From Micromonosporaceae bacterium (GTDB taxonomy: Bacteria; Actinomycetota; Actinomycetes; Mycobacteriales; Micromonosporaceae): a DNA stretch of 64,000 bases. The notes beneath the pieces are model-generated. The model worked only from the letters and a program-made list of their open reading frames with translations. It made no database searches and was not told the origin of the DNA. This document shows positions 11,701 through 20,896 of this stretch, one piece after another. Made by a program: the position numbers and the translations under genes. Location: positions 100-64,099 of the forward strand of contig JBBWZQ010000338.1 in assembly GCA_039649115.1 (NCBI GenBank). The letters are read 5' to 3'. Every line of letters begins with the position of its first letter. Position 1 is the stretch's first letter.

Positions 11701-12067
11701 CGGCCCGCCGCCGGGCCGTCCCCTCGGCGCGAGCCGCCAGGACAAGCGAGCGAAACCGATCGGCATCCACACTGTCGGGCGCGGCATGCACAACATAGCC
11801 GGCTCCCGCCGTGAGGATACGGGGAGGGTCGGCAGCCGGTACGGCCGCGAGTGCCGCACGCAACCGGGCAACATGGGCGTGCACCGCGCGGCGGGCGCCG
11901 TCCGGCGGGTCCTGGTCCCAGAGCAGCTCGACCAGCCGGTCCACCGACACCATCCGGCCCGACTCCAGCAGCAGCATGGCAAGAAGACACCGCTCACGCC
12001 GACGACCCAGCACCAGAGATCGGCCATCGACCTCGACCTCAAACGGACCGAGCATCCGAAATAGCAT
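8792..12067 (-). CDS. AfsR/SARP-family transcriptional regulator (winged-helix OmpR-type DNA-binding + BTAD + NB-ARC ATPase + TPR repeats)
   Basis: 1091-aa ORF. The N-terminus [15 protein letters not shown]...[11 protein letters not shown] is typical of SARPs. P-loop [12 protein letters not shown] is present, and the C-terminal half is a long TPR-like region. Confidence 0.9.
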   Translation of the reverse strand: MLFRMLGPFEVEVDGRSLVLGRRRERCLLAMLLLESGRMVSVDRLVELLWDQDPPDGARRAVHAHVARLRAALAAVPAADPPRILTAGAGYVVHAAPDSVDADRFRSLVLAARAEGTARRRAALLRGALALWRGPALADIATDRFRDLVCGDLEELRLLTLEDCFAAELDIGCHAELVAELRGFASAHPYRERIRALLMLALYRAGRQVEALETFRSTRAQLVDQLGVEPTAQLQRLHEVMLQGDGRLTQIAAADLHELGVAGVLAVKPPEPRPQLPRELPADVSGFAGRVDALRALDEMLPDGPAAAAVPLVVSAITGTGGVGKTALAVHWAHRVVHGFPDGQLYINLRGYASGAPLRPVQALSTLLRSLGVPPEQVPAAQADAAALYRSVLAGKRMLVLLDNARSAEQVRPLLPGSPGCLVLVTSRDRLSGLVARDGARRLTLDVLTAGEALVLLTRILGDVRVRAEPEAAAELARLCAHLPLALRVAAANLVDRVQLGIGDQVDRLREGNRLAALVADGDRQTAVAATFHLSYRTVPAAAQRLFRLLGLVPGPDVTVDAAAALAAITRDEAAGLLDRLAAAHLIQEQPAGRYTFHDLLRLFARQRAHRQEPQAQRQAAMARLCDWYLHGAAAAGQLYTPRLRLPIPLAPSTLALPRFADHRQASNWLDAERPNLVAVCIAAAQHGPRHVAWLIADSLRGYMIRRMPIVDWLAIAEAGLSAATAEAEQRPMAAAHRCLGIARFHMGRHRDALEHFNHALRISRQDGWVEGLACSLDDLGLTYRHAGQLDEAVEMFSQSIAHRRRIDQLCPAPLTNLGCAHEEAGRLREATGCFTDALAQYREIGPLATEAAGLNNLGRVYRLQGWPGRAAGLITEALLKYRDAGMRSGEASALSLLACLHLDAGRLCQAADCAQAALDAVRGAPDAEAEIKVLNALAAVRRGQGDCAAALHLHQTALGTARNFQFPYGIAETHIGLAITHHNMGSDQDALQHVQHALDRVRAPGFRVLEGQALTVLCDIHRALGDPGKAATTAEAAVAIHRETGYRPGEARALTILGNARRDLGDVAEARSHWRTANNLVAHHEHPRTG

Positions 12068-12078
12068 CCCGTTGGTGG

Positions 12079-12255
12079 TCAGTCGCCCTTGGGGTCGGGG
12101 CAGTCGATCGCGACGGATACCTGCCCCGTGCCGCCGGCGGCCGTCACAGTGATGCTGCCGGTCCCGAGGAAGCCATGCGGCGGATTGACGTTTCGGACGA
12201 CGGCCGAGCCACCGCCGGATGCGTCCGTGTCAAACCGCTCCGAGACGCTGATCAT
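12079..12255 (-). CDS. Small 58-aa ORF immediately upstream of the SARP gene (hypothetical)
   Basis: Not in the track (below its size cut-off); hand-translated as MISVSERFDTDASGGGSAVVRNVNPPHGFLGTGSITVTAAGGTGQVSVAIDCPDPKGD. A GGGGGAAAG SD sits 5 nt before the ATG. Third-position GC is strongly high. The stop lies 11 nt before the SARP ATG. Confidence 0.4.
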   Translation of the reverse strand: MISVSERFDTDASGGGSAVVRNVNPPHGFLGTGSITVTAAGGTGQVSVAIDCPDPKGD

Positions 12256-12461
12256 CTGTCTTTCCCCCGTTCGTCTACCCTGGTTTGTCTACTGTGGACC
12301 TCTTTGCCGCTGGACCGGCGGGCCCAGCGGCTCCCACGCACGATGCCGCGGCAGCCGCTGCGGTCCCGTTCCCACACGACGTCTGCTGGCGTGAACGCCA
12401 TCAGCGTCGCTCACTGGAAGGAACCGCGCATCCGGGCGACTACGGGGGCAACCCCGTGGAT

Positions 12462-14219
12462 TTACGGGAGCCCGCCGCCCGTCCTGCTCCGGACAGGTAT
12501 GCACACGCCAACCCGGGTGCCGCCGCCTACCGGACTGTCGAGGGTCATCGTTCCGCCGGCAGCCATGACCCGGCTGCGAACACCACGCAGACCATGCCCG
12601 TCCCGGTCGGCGCCACCGACGCCGTCGTCTCGAACGTCGATCCCCAGCGTGTCGCCTTCGATCCGGCCGAGCACCTCGATGATGCCGGCACCCGCGTACT
12701 TGCGGGCGTTGGTGAGCAGTTCGGCGATCACGTAGTAAGCGCACGCCTCGGTCTCGGGCGCGAAGCGCTGTGCCGGCAACTGGACGATGACCGGCGTCGG
12801 CGTTCCCTCCGCCGTTGAAACGACCGCGGCGGCCAGCCCTTCGGCGAGGATGTCCGGATGCCGGTCGTACGCGAGATCGCGAAGATCGCGCTGAGCCATC
12901 CGCAGACCGGCCCGCATCTCTTCGATCCTCGCGGCCTGCGCCCGGTCGTCGATCGCGGGGAGAAGGCGCGCCAGATTGCTGTCGAGGGCTTGGAGCCGGT
13001 GGTGGAGTCCCTCCTCGACCGTGCGCCCGGCGCGCTGGCGTTCCGCGGCGACCGCCGTACGGAGATGGGTTGGTGACAGGCCATGAGCGGTCGTCCGCAG
13101 GTCGGCGTTGTGCAGCAGGAGCTCTGCGGTACGTGCGGCCATACCGACGAGCCGGCCGTACCGGTGCAGCGCCGGGTCAGCGATCAGCAGCGCCCGCGGT
13201 TCGCCGTCGCCCCCGAGCAGTCCGATCACCAGCCGCGACTCGTCCATGGGCGGCACCGCGGCGGCGCCCGACACGTCGACATATCCGTCGCCGTCGGCCC
13301 GGTACAGCAGTTGCAGCGTGGGATCCGCCAACGCCTCGCGCAGCACCTCCTGGACACGGGTCCGGCCACCCGCTCGCGCCAGGTGCCGCACCAGTCGACC
13401 GGACTCGGGGGCGGCCCACCGCCGTACGGCGGCGACGAGCAGGGACACCGGGATGATCACGAACAGGATCCCCTGCACGGCGTACACCGTGTTGAGGGTG
13501 TTGTCCGGTGCGCGCATCACGAAAACCGCGTTGGCGGCGACGGTCAGCACGGCACCGCCGGCCACGGCGAGCGCCACCGGTGCCATGGCCCTGCGGTCCA
13601 GGCCACTGAGCCGGCTGACCCGGTATCCCAGCAGAACGGCGACCGTCACCGCGGTCGACGCGGTCACAACCGGATACAGCGTGCCGAAGAGATTCCATGC
13701 CGTATGGTTCGCCGCAACCGTTGGCCACCAGGCGTCAGCCGGAAATCCATGCCATTGCGGCCGGGACGTCACGACGCCCACCAGTTCGCACACCTGCACC
13801 GCCGCGAACCAGGCAAGGACAGCCCGCTCCTGGCGGACATCCGACCAGTGCACCGGGTAGCGCAGCAGTCCCCAGCTGCCGACGAGCGACGACAGCGGGC
13901 CGAGCACCGAGGCTACCAGCGGCAGCGGACCCACGCCCCACTCGTTGAGCCAGTTGAGCGGGGTCGCGACGGACGCGATCAGGAAGGCGGTGGCTGTCCT
14001 CCGGTGACCGGTCTCACCGGCCACGAACTCAGCGGCCGCGTAGAACGCCAGGCTCACCGCCGAATTGGCCACGACGAGAAGGAGGTTGCCGTTGCACACC
14101 AGCGGCCATTGCGCGAGGACACCCACACCGGCGAGCAGTGGCAGCATGACGCACAGTCGTACGACGGCAGGAGAGTCACCACGACCGTACGGTGCGGTTA
14201 CGCCCACGTGTCCTTCCAC
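12462..14219 (-). CDS. Membrane sensor histidine kinase (NarL-partner / HisKA_3-type)
   Basis: 585-aa ORF with a multi-TM N-terminal half. The C-terminal HATPase_c motifs are ELLTNARKYAG, DDGVGGA and GLRGVRSRV. The H-box is degenerate (GLHHRLQAL). Confidence 0.8.
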   Translation of the reverse strand: MEGHVGVTAPYGRGDSPAVVRLCVMLPLLAGVGVLAQWPLVCNGNLLLVVANSAVSLAFYAAAEFVAGETGHRRTATAFLIASVATPLNWLNEWGVGPLPLVASVLGPLSSLVGSWGLLRYPVHWSDVRQERAVLAWFAAVQVCELVGVVTSRPQWHGFPADAWWPTVAANHTAWNLFGTLYPVVTASTAVTVAVLLGYRVSRLSGLDRRAMAPVALAVAGGAVLTVAANAVFVMRAPDNTLNTVYAVQGILFVIIPVSLLVAAVRRWAAPESGRLVRHLARAGGRTRVQEVLREALADPTLQLLYRADGDGYVDVSGAAAVPPMDESRLVIGLLGGDGEPRALLIADPALHRYGRLVGMAARTAELLLHNADLRTTAHGLSPTHLRTAVAAERQRAGRTVEEGLHHRLQALDSNLARLLPAIDDRAQAARIEEMRAGLRMAQRDLRDLAYDRHPDILAEGLAAAVVSTAEGTPTPVIVQLPAQRFAPETEACAYYVIAELLTNARKYAGAGIIEVLGRIEGDTLGIDVRDDGVGGADRDGHGLRGVRSRVMAAGGTMTLDSPVGGGTRVGVCIPVRSRTGGGLP

Positions 14220-14329
14220 TCACATCGGCCCCGGTCCGGAGACCTCGTCGATCGGTCGGGCACAGTCCGCACGGTCGAACCGTAGAAGCACGGTTGCGCG
14301 ATCGCCTCGTACTCCGTGACAGTTGACCG

Positions 14330-16102
14330 GTGACGAAGCTGGCCACCAGCCGTCCCGCGCCATCGCGCCGGACGGTCAACAGCATCGTACTGTCCATGGT
14401 GGCACTCGGCGGGGTCGTGGCCGGCCTCGGCCTGATATCTGGCTGGCCATACTGGCGCCACCACCCCATCGCCGCCACGATCACGCTGTGCTGCTGCCTC
14501 ACCCTCGTGACGTCCGGCCTGCTCCTGCGAACCGACCAGCGGACCCGGGCCTGCGGAGCGATGCTGATCGGCGCGGGCGTGGCCTGGTCGCTGAACTGGC
14601 TGTCAAGCTGGAACGCCGGCCCGCTGCCGCTGATCGGCCAGTTCGCTCGGGCCTTCACCTTCCTGGTTCTCGGGACCGGCATCCTGCTCTACATCGACAG
14701 TCGGCTACGCGACTGGCCGGATCGGCTCTGGTGCGCCGCCGCGGTCGTCGTTCTCATCGGCGGTCAGGTGGCGCTGGCCGGCACCTCCCAGCCAGACTGG
14801 TTGGGCTACCGCGCGAATGTCACCTGGCCCGGGATCATCGCCGACGCGGCGCGGTTCCACCGGGTGCTCGTGGTCGTGATCGGTGGCTACCTTGTGCTCG
14901 CGGTCAGCTACGACGCGGTGTTGTGGCGGCGGATCCGGCGGCTCAGTCGGCGGCAGCGGGCACATACGCTGCCGGCCCTCGTCGCTGTCGGCGCCTGTGC
15001 GGCGGCGGAACTGGGACCGACGCTCACGGACCTCAACACATCGCTCCGTGTCTACACGATCCAGGGTGCGGTCATCATCACCGTGCCGATGACGCTGCTG
15101 TGGGCCGGCCTGCGACTGCGATGGGCAGAACTGCTGGTGGGCGCCAGACTGGCCCATCTCACCGACCCGCCGTCGGCCGAACGCGTCCGGGCGGCGCTCG
15201 CGACGGTACTCGACGACCCGGGCCTGCGGCTGCATTTCTGGCTGCCCGACCGGGGCGGCTACGTCGACAGCCAAGGACAGCCGGTCGCCAACCGTCAAGA
15301 CCCGGGCGACCGCTGGTACGTGCCCGTCGTCGGCGCAACCGATCCGCAGACGGTGGTCGAAGTCAGCGGCGCACTTCGCAACCAGCCACGTCTGGTGGAG
15401 AACGCGGTCGCCGCGGCCACCGTCGCGCTGGAGCACGCCCAGCTTCAGGTCGAGCTCAAGGCCCGCCTCGGCCAGGTACAGGTCACACATGCCCGCATCA
15501 TCGAGGCCGACGTCGTCGCGCGCAGCCGCATCGAGCGCAACCTGCACGACGGGGCACAGCAGAGACTCGTCGCCCTGGCCATGACACTCGGGGCAATCGA
15601 GGCCGCAAGCCACGATCCCGCGGTACGGCAGAGCATCGCCCGGTGCCGCCGGGACGTCAGCGCGGCGCTCCAGGAGCTCCGCGAGCTTGCCCGGGGAATC
15701 CATCCCGCGGAGTTGACGCAGGGCGGCTTGCGACCGGCGCTGGAGACCGCGGCCGAACGGCTGGGCCTCAGGATCGCCCTCGACGTCCCGGACCACCGGT
15801 TCCCGGCCGCCGCGGAATCGACTGTGTACGTGGCAATCTGCGACGGTCTCGCCGATGCCGTCAGACGGTCGGGCGCCCGGGCGGCCCGGATCTCGATCGC
15901 ACACCGGTCGGGCACCTTGACCGCGGAGGTCCGCATCGACGCCGACGCCGGACGGCCCGCAACCACCCCCGGTCCGGCCGGCACCGCGACCGACCGGGTA
16001 CAGGCCCTGGGCGGCGACATCACGATCACACACGACGGCGCGGAGACGACGATGAAGGTGGTTCTGCCATGCGCGTGGCCATCGCCGAAGACAGCGGCAT
16101 AG
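14330..16102 (+). CDS. Membrane sensor histidine kinase (HisKA_3-type), paralogue of the divergent kinase
   Basis: 590-aa ORF starting at GTG. The multi-TM N-terminus shares LNWL..W..GPLPL with the 12462-14219 kinase. Canonical H-box ERNLHDGAQQRLVALAM and an HATPase_c region are present. Confidence 0.85.
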   Translation: MTKLATSRPAPSRRTVNSIVLSMVALGGVVAGLGLISGWPYWRHHPIAATITLCCCLTLVTSGLLLRTDQRTRACGAMLIGAGVAWSLNWLSSWNAGPLPLIGQFARAFTFLVLGTGILLYIDSRLRDWPDRLWCAAAVVVLIGGQVALAGTSQPDWLGYRANVTWPGIIADAARFHRVLVVVIGGYLVLAVSYDAVLWRRIRRLSRRQRAHTLPALVAVGACAAAELGPTLTDLNTSLRVYTIQGAVIITVPMTLLWAGLRLRWAELLVGARLAHLTDPPSAERVRAALATVLDDPGLRLHFWLPDRGGYVDSQGQPVANRQDPGDRWYVPVVGATDPQTVVEVSGALRNQPRLVENAVAAATVALEHAQLQVELKARLGQVQVTHARIIEADVVARSRIERNLHDGAQQRLVALAMTLGAIEAASHDPAVRQSIARCRRDVSAALQELRELARGIHPAELTQGGLRPALETAAERLGLRIALDVPDHRFPAAAESTVYVAICDGLADAVRRSGARAARISIAHRSGTLTAEVRIDADAGRPATTPGPAGTATDRVQALGGDITITHDGAETTMKVVLPCAWPSPKTAA

Positions 16103-16725
16103 TTCGGCAGGCGTTCGTACGGCTGCTGCAGGAGGCACAGATGGAGGTGACCGTGTCGGCGCCCACCGCCGACGAGCTGCTCGCCCACGTCGAACACGAC
16201 CGTCCGGACGCCGTGCTGGTCGACCTGCGGATGCCGCCGACATACACCGACGAGGGCGTCGTGGCGGCGAGGAAGATCAAATCGTGGTACCCGGACACCG
16301 GCGCCCTCGTCCTGTCCAGCTACAACGAGACGCCCCAGGCGATGCAGCTCCTTGACGGAGACGTGCGCGGCGTGGGCTACCTGCTCAAGGACCACGTGTC
16401 CGACGTGAACGCGCTACGCGACGCACTGTACCGTGTGCGGCGCGGCGAGATCGTCGTCGATCCCAACGTGGTGAGCCGGCTTCTCAACGCCCGGCAGCGC
16501 AACCTCGAGCTGGCCGACCTCACAGACCGGGACCGCGAGGTGTTGGGCCTGATGGCCGAAGGGCACACCAACGAAGGCATCGCCAAGAGGCTGATCATCA
16601 GCCGGCGCACGATCGAGGACTATGTCCAGGGCATTTTCCGCAAGCTCCGCATCGGCGAAGACGACGAGGACGTCAACAAGCGGGTCCGCGCCGTGCTGAT
16701 GTGGTTGCGCGCGACCGGTCAATGA
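16069..16725 (+). CDS. NarL/LuxR-family response regulator
   Basis: The ATG at 16069 lies within track frame 14323..16725. It encodes MRVAIAEDSGIVRQ...VLVDLRMP (receiver domain) plus a LuxR HTH (REVLGLMAEGHTNEGIAKRLIISRRTIEDY). It overlaps the kinase 3' end by 34 nt. Confidence 0.9.
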   Translation: MRVAIAEDSGIVRQAFVRLLQEAQMEVTVSAPTADELLAHVEHDRPDAVLVDLRMPPTYTDEGVVAARKIKSWYPDTGALVLSSYNETPQAMQLLDGDVRGVGYLLKDHVSDVNALRDALYRVRRGEIVVDPNVVSRLLNARQRNLELADLTDRDREVLGLMAEGHTNEGIAKRLIISRRTIEDYVQGIFRKLRIGEDDEDVNKRVRAVLMWLRATGQ

Positions 16726-16765
16726 ACCCCGGTACCGGTCGGCGCCCAGCAGGTCAGCACACGCG

Positions 16766-16810
16766 GGCGGCGGGTGATCCGCCGCCGTGGTGGCGCAGTG
16801 CCGCCACCCT
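16766..16810 (+). terminator. Two consecutive GC-rich hairpins after the response regulator
   Basis: First hairpin is GGCGGCGG-gtgat-CCGCCGCC (16766-16786). A second stem, GGTGGCG...CGCCACC, follows, then CTTTGTCACTT. Confidence 0.4.
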
Positions 16811-16894
16811 TTGTCACTTCAAACTCAGATAGTAAGATGTTGCGAGGTGACCCGCGGTCCGCGACCGCCAACGCCCACGCCTTGGAGCACTCCC

Positions 16895-18820
16895 ATGGCC
16901 CGTCTTCACCTGTCCGGTCCCAGCCATCGACGGCAGCGTCCCGGGACGCGACGGTTCCGCGGCGGGCCGGTGCGGTCGGCCACCGCGACCGTCGCGCTGG
17001 TGGCCACGCAGGTGCTGGCCCTGCACACACCGGCGTGGGCGCACGACCACGGCGTGCCGGCGCTGCCACCGGCGTCGCCGGGCACGGCGGTCTTCGTACG
17101 CTGCCTGGTCCTGGTAGCCACCGCGGTGGCCGCCGGGATGGCGGTGCTCGCTCCGCTGGCCGGTGCCCCGACCCAGCCGGCCCGGTTGCTGATGAACTCG
17201 ACGGCGGTGACCGCGGCGCTCGCCGACCTCGTCGCCATCCAGGTGGACGGCGCCCGGCCAGCATTCGCCGTCGCACTCGCGTTGGCCACGCTCGCGCTGC
17301 CCGGGCTGCGTTCCCGGCAGCCGGCCGGTGCGGCCGCCGGCGCGCTGGTCTGCGTCGCGCTCGCCATCCAGGCCACCGCCGGTGAGGCGGGCGCGATCCG
17401 GGCCGCCGGACTGGCCTACACCCTCGCGGCGGCACTGTGGTTGGCATGGGCCGCGACCGTGGCCACCATGAGCCGGGGTCCGGTGGTCGGCGACCGTGCG
17501 GGCGACGACGCGGGCGGCGGCGGCGCGGGCGGGACGACGGCCGATCGGCGCCCGGCAGGGCCGCGCCGGCTGACCCCGTGGGCCGGCACAGCCGCGGGTA
17601 CGGCGGCGGTGGCGGCACTGCTCCAGGGCTGGCTGAACGGGGTGCGCCCGGACGCGACCGCCTGGTGGTTCCCGTCGGGCCGGCTGACCGTGCTGCAGGT
17701 GGGACTGCTGGCCGGCGCCGGCGGGCTGGGACTGGTCATCGCAGTGGCCGGGCGGGCGGGGCGCGCGGTCCGGACACTGGTGCGGATCGAGGCGGCCGCG
17801 CTGGCCGGTACCCTCGTGGCCGGTGTCGCACTGGCCGCCGCGCCGCGGCCCCCGGCGCCCCCGGTCGGTGGGGTGCCGCTGCTGCGGTACCTGACGCTGG
17901 CGGGTCAACAGTTGCCGGTCTTCGTGGTACCGCAGCGGCCCGGCTGGAACCTCGTACACGTCGGCGCGGACGAGGCCCGGACCGGGCTGGATCGGGCGCG
18001 GCTGACAAGGGCCGGCGCGCGGCCCGGGGCCACTGGCTCCTGGGCGCTGGTGCGGCTGCCGGCCGGCCGCAGCCGGCTGTGGATCAGCCACGGCGGCGCC
18101 CTGGACTCGCTGACCGTCGATACTGGACAGTCCAGAGTGGACAGCGTGGACCTCACGGCGGCGGACGGGCCGGAGTGCGCCAGCGCCAGCCTCGGCGCGG
18201 TGGTGGCGGGGGGGCGGGGATCGCTGTCCTCGTGCCCCGCACAGCAGCTCACGCCGCAGGACGCCGCGGCGCTGCGCGTCATGGTGCGGTTCGTCGCCCA
18301 GCGGCACATCACCACCATCTCGGTCGTCGGCGATCGCACCCCACGAGGCGTACAGGCGGTGGCGGTGGTACGCGCCGCGGCCCAGTCGTACCGCATCGCG
18401 GTCGGCAATGCGGGCTGGCACCCACTGTTCGTGGTCTGCGGCTGGGCCGCCGCGCAGGCCACCCTCCAGGACGTGAGCGCCAGCCGGCTGCCCTCCCAGG
18501 GCAGCTACCTCGCCCCGTGGTTGCTGACCGGGCCGCTGCTCACCATCCCGGCCAGCCCGCTGCTGCCGCTGCGCTTCGACACCCGGCAGCCGGCGCCGCT
18601 GCGCTACCTCGCCACGCTGGACGCCCGGTTCCCCGGCGAGACACCCACCGCCGCCGGCTACACGAGTTGGACGCGGGCCCGGCCGGCGCCGCCCGAACCG
18701 CTGCGCATCTATGCCGCGGCTCAGCTGTCCATGCCCGGCGAGGCCGGCCACCGCCACCAGACCGCCGGCTGGGTACCCAACGGCACGGTGACCGCGGTGA
18801 CCGGACCGCTCACGTCCTAG
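16895..18820 (+). CDS. Hypothetical membrane protein: signal peptide + polytopic N-terminal region + large C-terminal soluble domain
   Basis: ATG at 16895 with a GGAG SD. The signal peptide ends in an ...HTPAWA / HDHG cleavage-like site, followed by several hydrophobic segments. The C-terminal half (HITTISVVGDRTPRGVQAVAVVRAAA...) faintly resembles a periplasmic-binding-protein fold. Family not recognised with confidence. Confidence 0.55.
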   Translation: MARLHLSGPSHRRQRPGTRRFRGGPVRSATATVALVATQVLALHTPAWAHDHGVPALPPASPGTAVFVRCLVLVATAVAAGMAVLAPLAGAPTQPARLLMNSTAVTAALADLVAIQVDGARPAFAVALALATLALPGLRSRQPAGAAAGALVCVALAIQATAGEAGAIRAAGLAYTLAAALWLAWAATVATMSRGPVVGDRAGDDAGGGGAGGTTADRRPAGPRRLTPWAGTAAGTAAVAALLQGWLNGVRPDATAWWFPSGRLTVLQVGLLAGAGGLGLVIAVAGRAGRAVRTLVRIEAAALAGTLVAGVALAAAPRPPAPPVGGVPLLRYLTLAGQQLPVFVVPQRPGWNLVHVGADEARTGLDRARLTRAGARPGATGSWALVRLPAGRSRLWISHGGALDSLTVDTGQSRVDSVDLTAADGPECASASLGAVVAGGRGSLSSCPAQQLTPQDAAALRVMVRFVAQRHITTISVVGDRTPRGVQAVAVVRAAAQSYRIAVGNAGWHPLFVVCGWAAAQATLQDVSASRLPSQGSYLAPWLLTGPLLTIPASPLLPLRFDTRQPAPLRYLATLDARFPGETPTAAGYTSWTRARPAPPEPLRIYAAAQLSMPGEAGHRHQTAGWVPNGTVTAVTGPLTS

Positions 18821-20088
18821 ATCGCCACCTGTTCCGGCGCCAGATCGGGCTCGCCGGCGTGGCCCGCCTCCATCCGGAGGGTGGCCGGCAGCAGCGGCTC
18901 GGTCAGCAGCCGCCGGTACCGCTCAGCCAGCGACTGGCCGGCGGGGCGGGCGGCCAGCCACCGGCCGACCAGCCGGCGGCCCTCGACGTACGTCGTCGCG
19001 TACGCGCGCCACAGCGGATCGCCCAGGAACCGCAGCATCCGCCGAGCCGACGGGGTGTCCACCAGCATCCAGCGGCTCAGGAAGTCGACGACCTCGCCCG
19101 GGTCGGCACCCCGGTCATGCAGCATGATGGCGGCGTCCTGGCGGACCTCGGTCAGCAGCCACATCACCCGGTCGATCCGCTCGGCCTGCGCGCCGTCGAG
19201 GTGCAGTCCCAAGGGGCGGAGCACCTCCTCGGTCCACTCCCCCCATCCCTGGCCCGCCACGGCGAGCCCGAGCTCGGCGGTGCCCTCCGAGACCAGGCAC
19301 TGCGCGGTGTTCACCAGTGCGATCGCCTGCTCGCCGTGCCCCTCGTCGACGACCAGCCCGCGCTCCTTCAGGCAGCGCTCGGCATGATGCCCGGGGTACG
19401 CCTCGTGGCTGGCCACGATCGCCAGCCCGCTCGTCCAGTGCCCGGCGTCGGCGTTGAGCGTGATGCGGGACCGGAACCCACCCAGGTACCGGTTGAACGC
19501 GTTCCACGGCCGGTCGGTCGCGATGACGTACTCGACGCTCTCCCGGTCGGGCAGGCCCAGCGGCGTGGCCAGCCGGGCCCGCAGGGCGTCGGTTACCGCC
19601 CGGATCGCCGGGCCGAGCGCCTCGCCGGCGATGCGGGCCTGCGCACGGTGGTCGACCACCCGCCGGTGCAGCGGTCCCGGACCAGGCAGCACGGCGGCGA
19701 GTTCGTCGTGCAGCGCCGCGTACCGCTGCGTGTCGGCCGGCGCGATGCGCACGTCGAAGTACTCCTCGACCTCGTCGAGGAAGCCGATCCGCTCGCCGGC
19801 GAGCCGGCGGGCCGCGCACCGCAGCCCGCGCAGCTGGGCGGCGAGGAACCGTTGCCGGTTCTCGGCCAGGCCGCTGCCGGCCAGCGCCGCCGTCACCTCC
19901 CTGGCCTGCCGTGCCAGGACGGCCGGCTCGGGCGGCGGCTCGGCCGCCACCTGGCGGGCCAGGGCCGGATCACCGAACCAGCAGTCCACGTACCCCTCGA
20001 TCAGCCGGCCGAGGCGCAGCCCCAACAGGAGGTAGTCCCGTACGACGGCCCCGAGTGCCGGACGCCCGGCCGGTTGAGGGTCACCCAT
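18817..20088 (-). CDS. DUF885-family protein (metallopeptidase-like HExxPGHH motif)
   Basis: 423-aa ORF containing SHEAYPGHHAE, the signature I associate with DUF885. Confidence 0.75.
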   Translation of the reverse strand: MGDPQPAGRPALGAVVRDYLLLGLRLGRLIEGYVDCWFGDPALARQVAAEPPPEPAVLARQAREVTAALAGSGLAENRQRFLAAQLRGLRCAARRLAGERIGFLDEVEEYFDVRIAPADTQRYAALHDELAAVLPGPGPLHRRVVDHRAQARIAGEALGPAIRAVTDALRARLATPLGLPDRESVEYVIATDRPWNAFNRYLGGFRSRITLNADAGHWTSGLAIVASHEAYPGHHAERCLKERGLVVDEGHGEQAIALVNTAQCLVSEGTAELGLAVAGQGWGEWTEEVLRPLGLHLDGAQAERIDRVMWLLTEVRQDAAIMLHDRGADPGEVVDFLSRWMLVDTPSARRMLRFLGDPLWRAYATTYVEGRRLVGRWLAARPAGQSLAERYRRLLTEPLLPATLRMEAGHAGEPDLAPEQVAI

Positions 20089-20163
20089 CGACTCATCCTA
20101 GCCCGGCCTGGTTTAGTATTGTGTAGCTCGTATCTCAAACGATGGCCGGAAGGGGTGATCGCG

Positions 20164-20874
20164 ATGGGCGACACCGGAAAGACCGACGTCCTTCCCATGT
20201 GGCCGGTGGGCGCGAGTCCTGAGTACGTGGCCGCGCGGATGGACCTGGCACGGGCGGAACGCGCACTGCGGGACCGCGTCGAGGAGATCGCGGCCGCCCG
20301 CCGGACCCTCCCCGACGGCGCCGTCCTGCCCGACTACCTGCTCACCGAGGGGCCGCGCGACCTCGGCAAGGACCGGCCGGTGCGGACCGTGCGGCTGGCC
20401 GAACTCTTCGGCGGGTACGACGCCCTGATCGTCTACCACCTCATGTTCCACCCCGACGACGACCAAGCCTGTCCCATGTGCTCGATGTGGGTCGACGGGT
20501 TGCACGGCGTGGCACACCACCTGGCCCGACACGCCGCCTTCGCGGTCATCGCCAAGGCGCCTCTGCCGAAGCTGCGCACCTGGGCTCTGCGCCGCGGCTG
20601 GGACGGGCTGCGGATCCTCTCCAGCCACGACACCACGTTCAACACCGACCTGCGCGCCGAGCATGCCAATGGCGAACAACGCCCCATGCTCAGCGTCTTC
20701 GTCCGCGACGGCAACAGGGCGCGCCACTTCTACACGCTCCCGGCCAACTTCCTGGACGACGCCGAGCGCGGCATCGACCAGCTCTCCCCCGTATGGAACA
20801 TCCTCGATCTGCTCCCGAAGGGGCGGGGCGACTGGTACGCGGAGAACGACTACGCCGGGCGCGAGCGAAGCTGA
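20164..20874 (+). CDS. DUF899 thioredoxin-fold protein
   Basis: The ATG at 20164 lies within long shadow frame 17437..20874. It begins MGDTGKTDVLPMWPVGASPEYVAARMDL... and contains the CPMCSMWVDG motif typical of DUF899. Confidence 0.75.
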   Translation: MGDTGKTDVLPMWPVGASPEYVAARMDLARAERALRDRVEEIAAARRTLPDGAVLPDYLLTEGPRDLGKDRPVRTVRLAELFGGYDALIVYHLMFHPDDDQACPMCSMWVDGLHGVAHHLARHAAFAVIAKAPLPKLRTWALRRGWDGLRILSSHDTTFNTDLRAEHANGEQRPMLSVFVRDGNRARHFYTLPANFLDDAERGIDQLSPVWNILDLLPKGRGDWYAENDYAGRERS

Positions 20875-20896
20875 GCCGGCCGGAGGTTGCCGCCTG

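Noticed and set aside
12089-12394. 101-aa plus-strand ORF between the SARP and the histidine kinase.
   Set aside because: It is antisense to the better-supported 58-aa minus-strand ORF (which has an SD and GC3 bias), and its product is Pro/Arg-rich.
17437-20163. N-terminal 900 aa of the 1145-aa ORF 17437..20874, and likewise the first 580 aa of 14323..16725 and the first 690 aa of 57084..59603.
   Set aside because: Only the C-terminal parts (DUF899, the response regulator, the thioesterase) show real protein character and have their own SD and start. The upstream parts are Arg/Gly/Pro-rich read-through overlapping other genuine genes.
20089-20163. Possible fourth copy of the shared motif (CCTGGTTTAGTATTGTGTAGC) between the DUF885 and DUF899 genes.
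   Set aside because: Only the CCTGGTTT and AGTAT fragments match copy B, and the diagnostic ATGGTAAYGT block is absent. The similarity is too weak to count.
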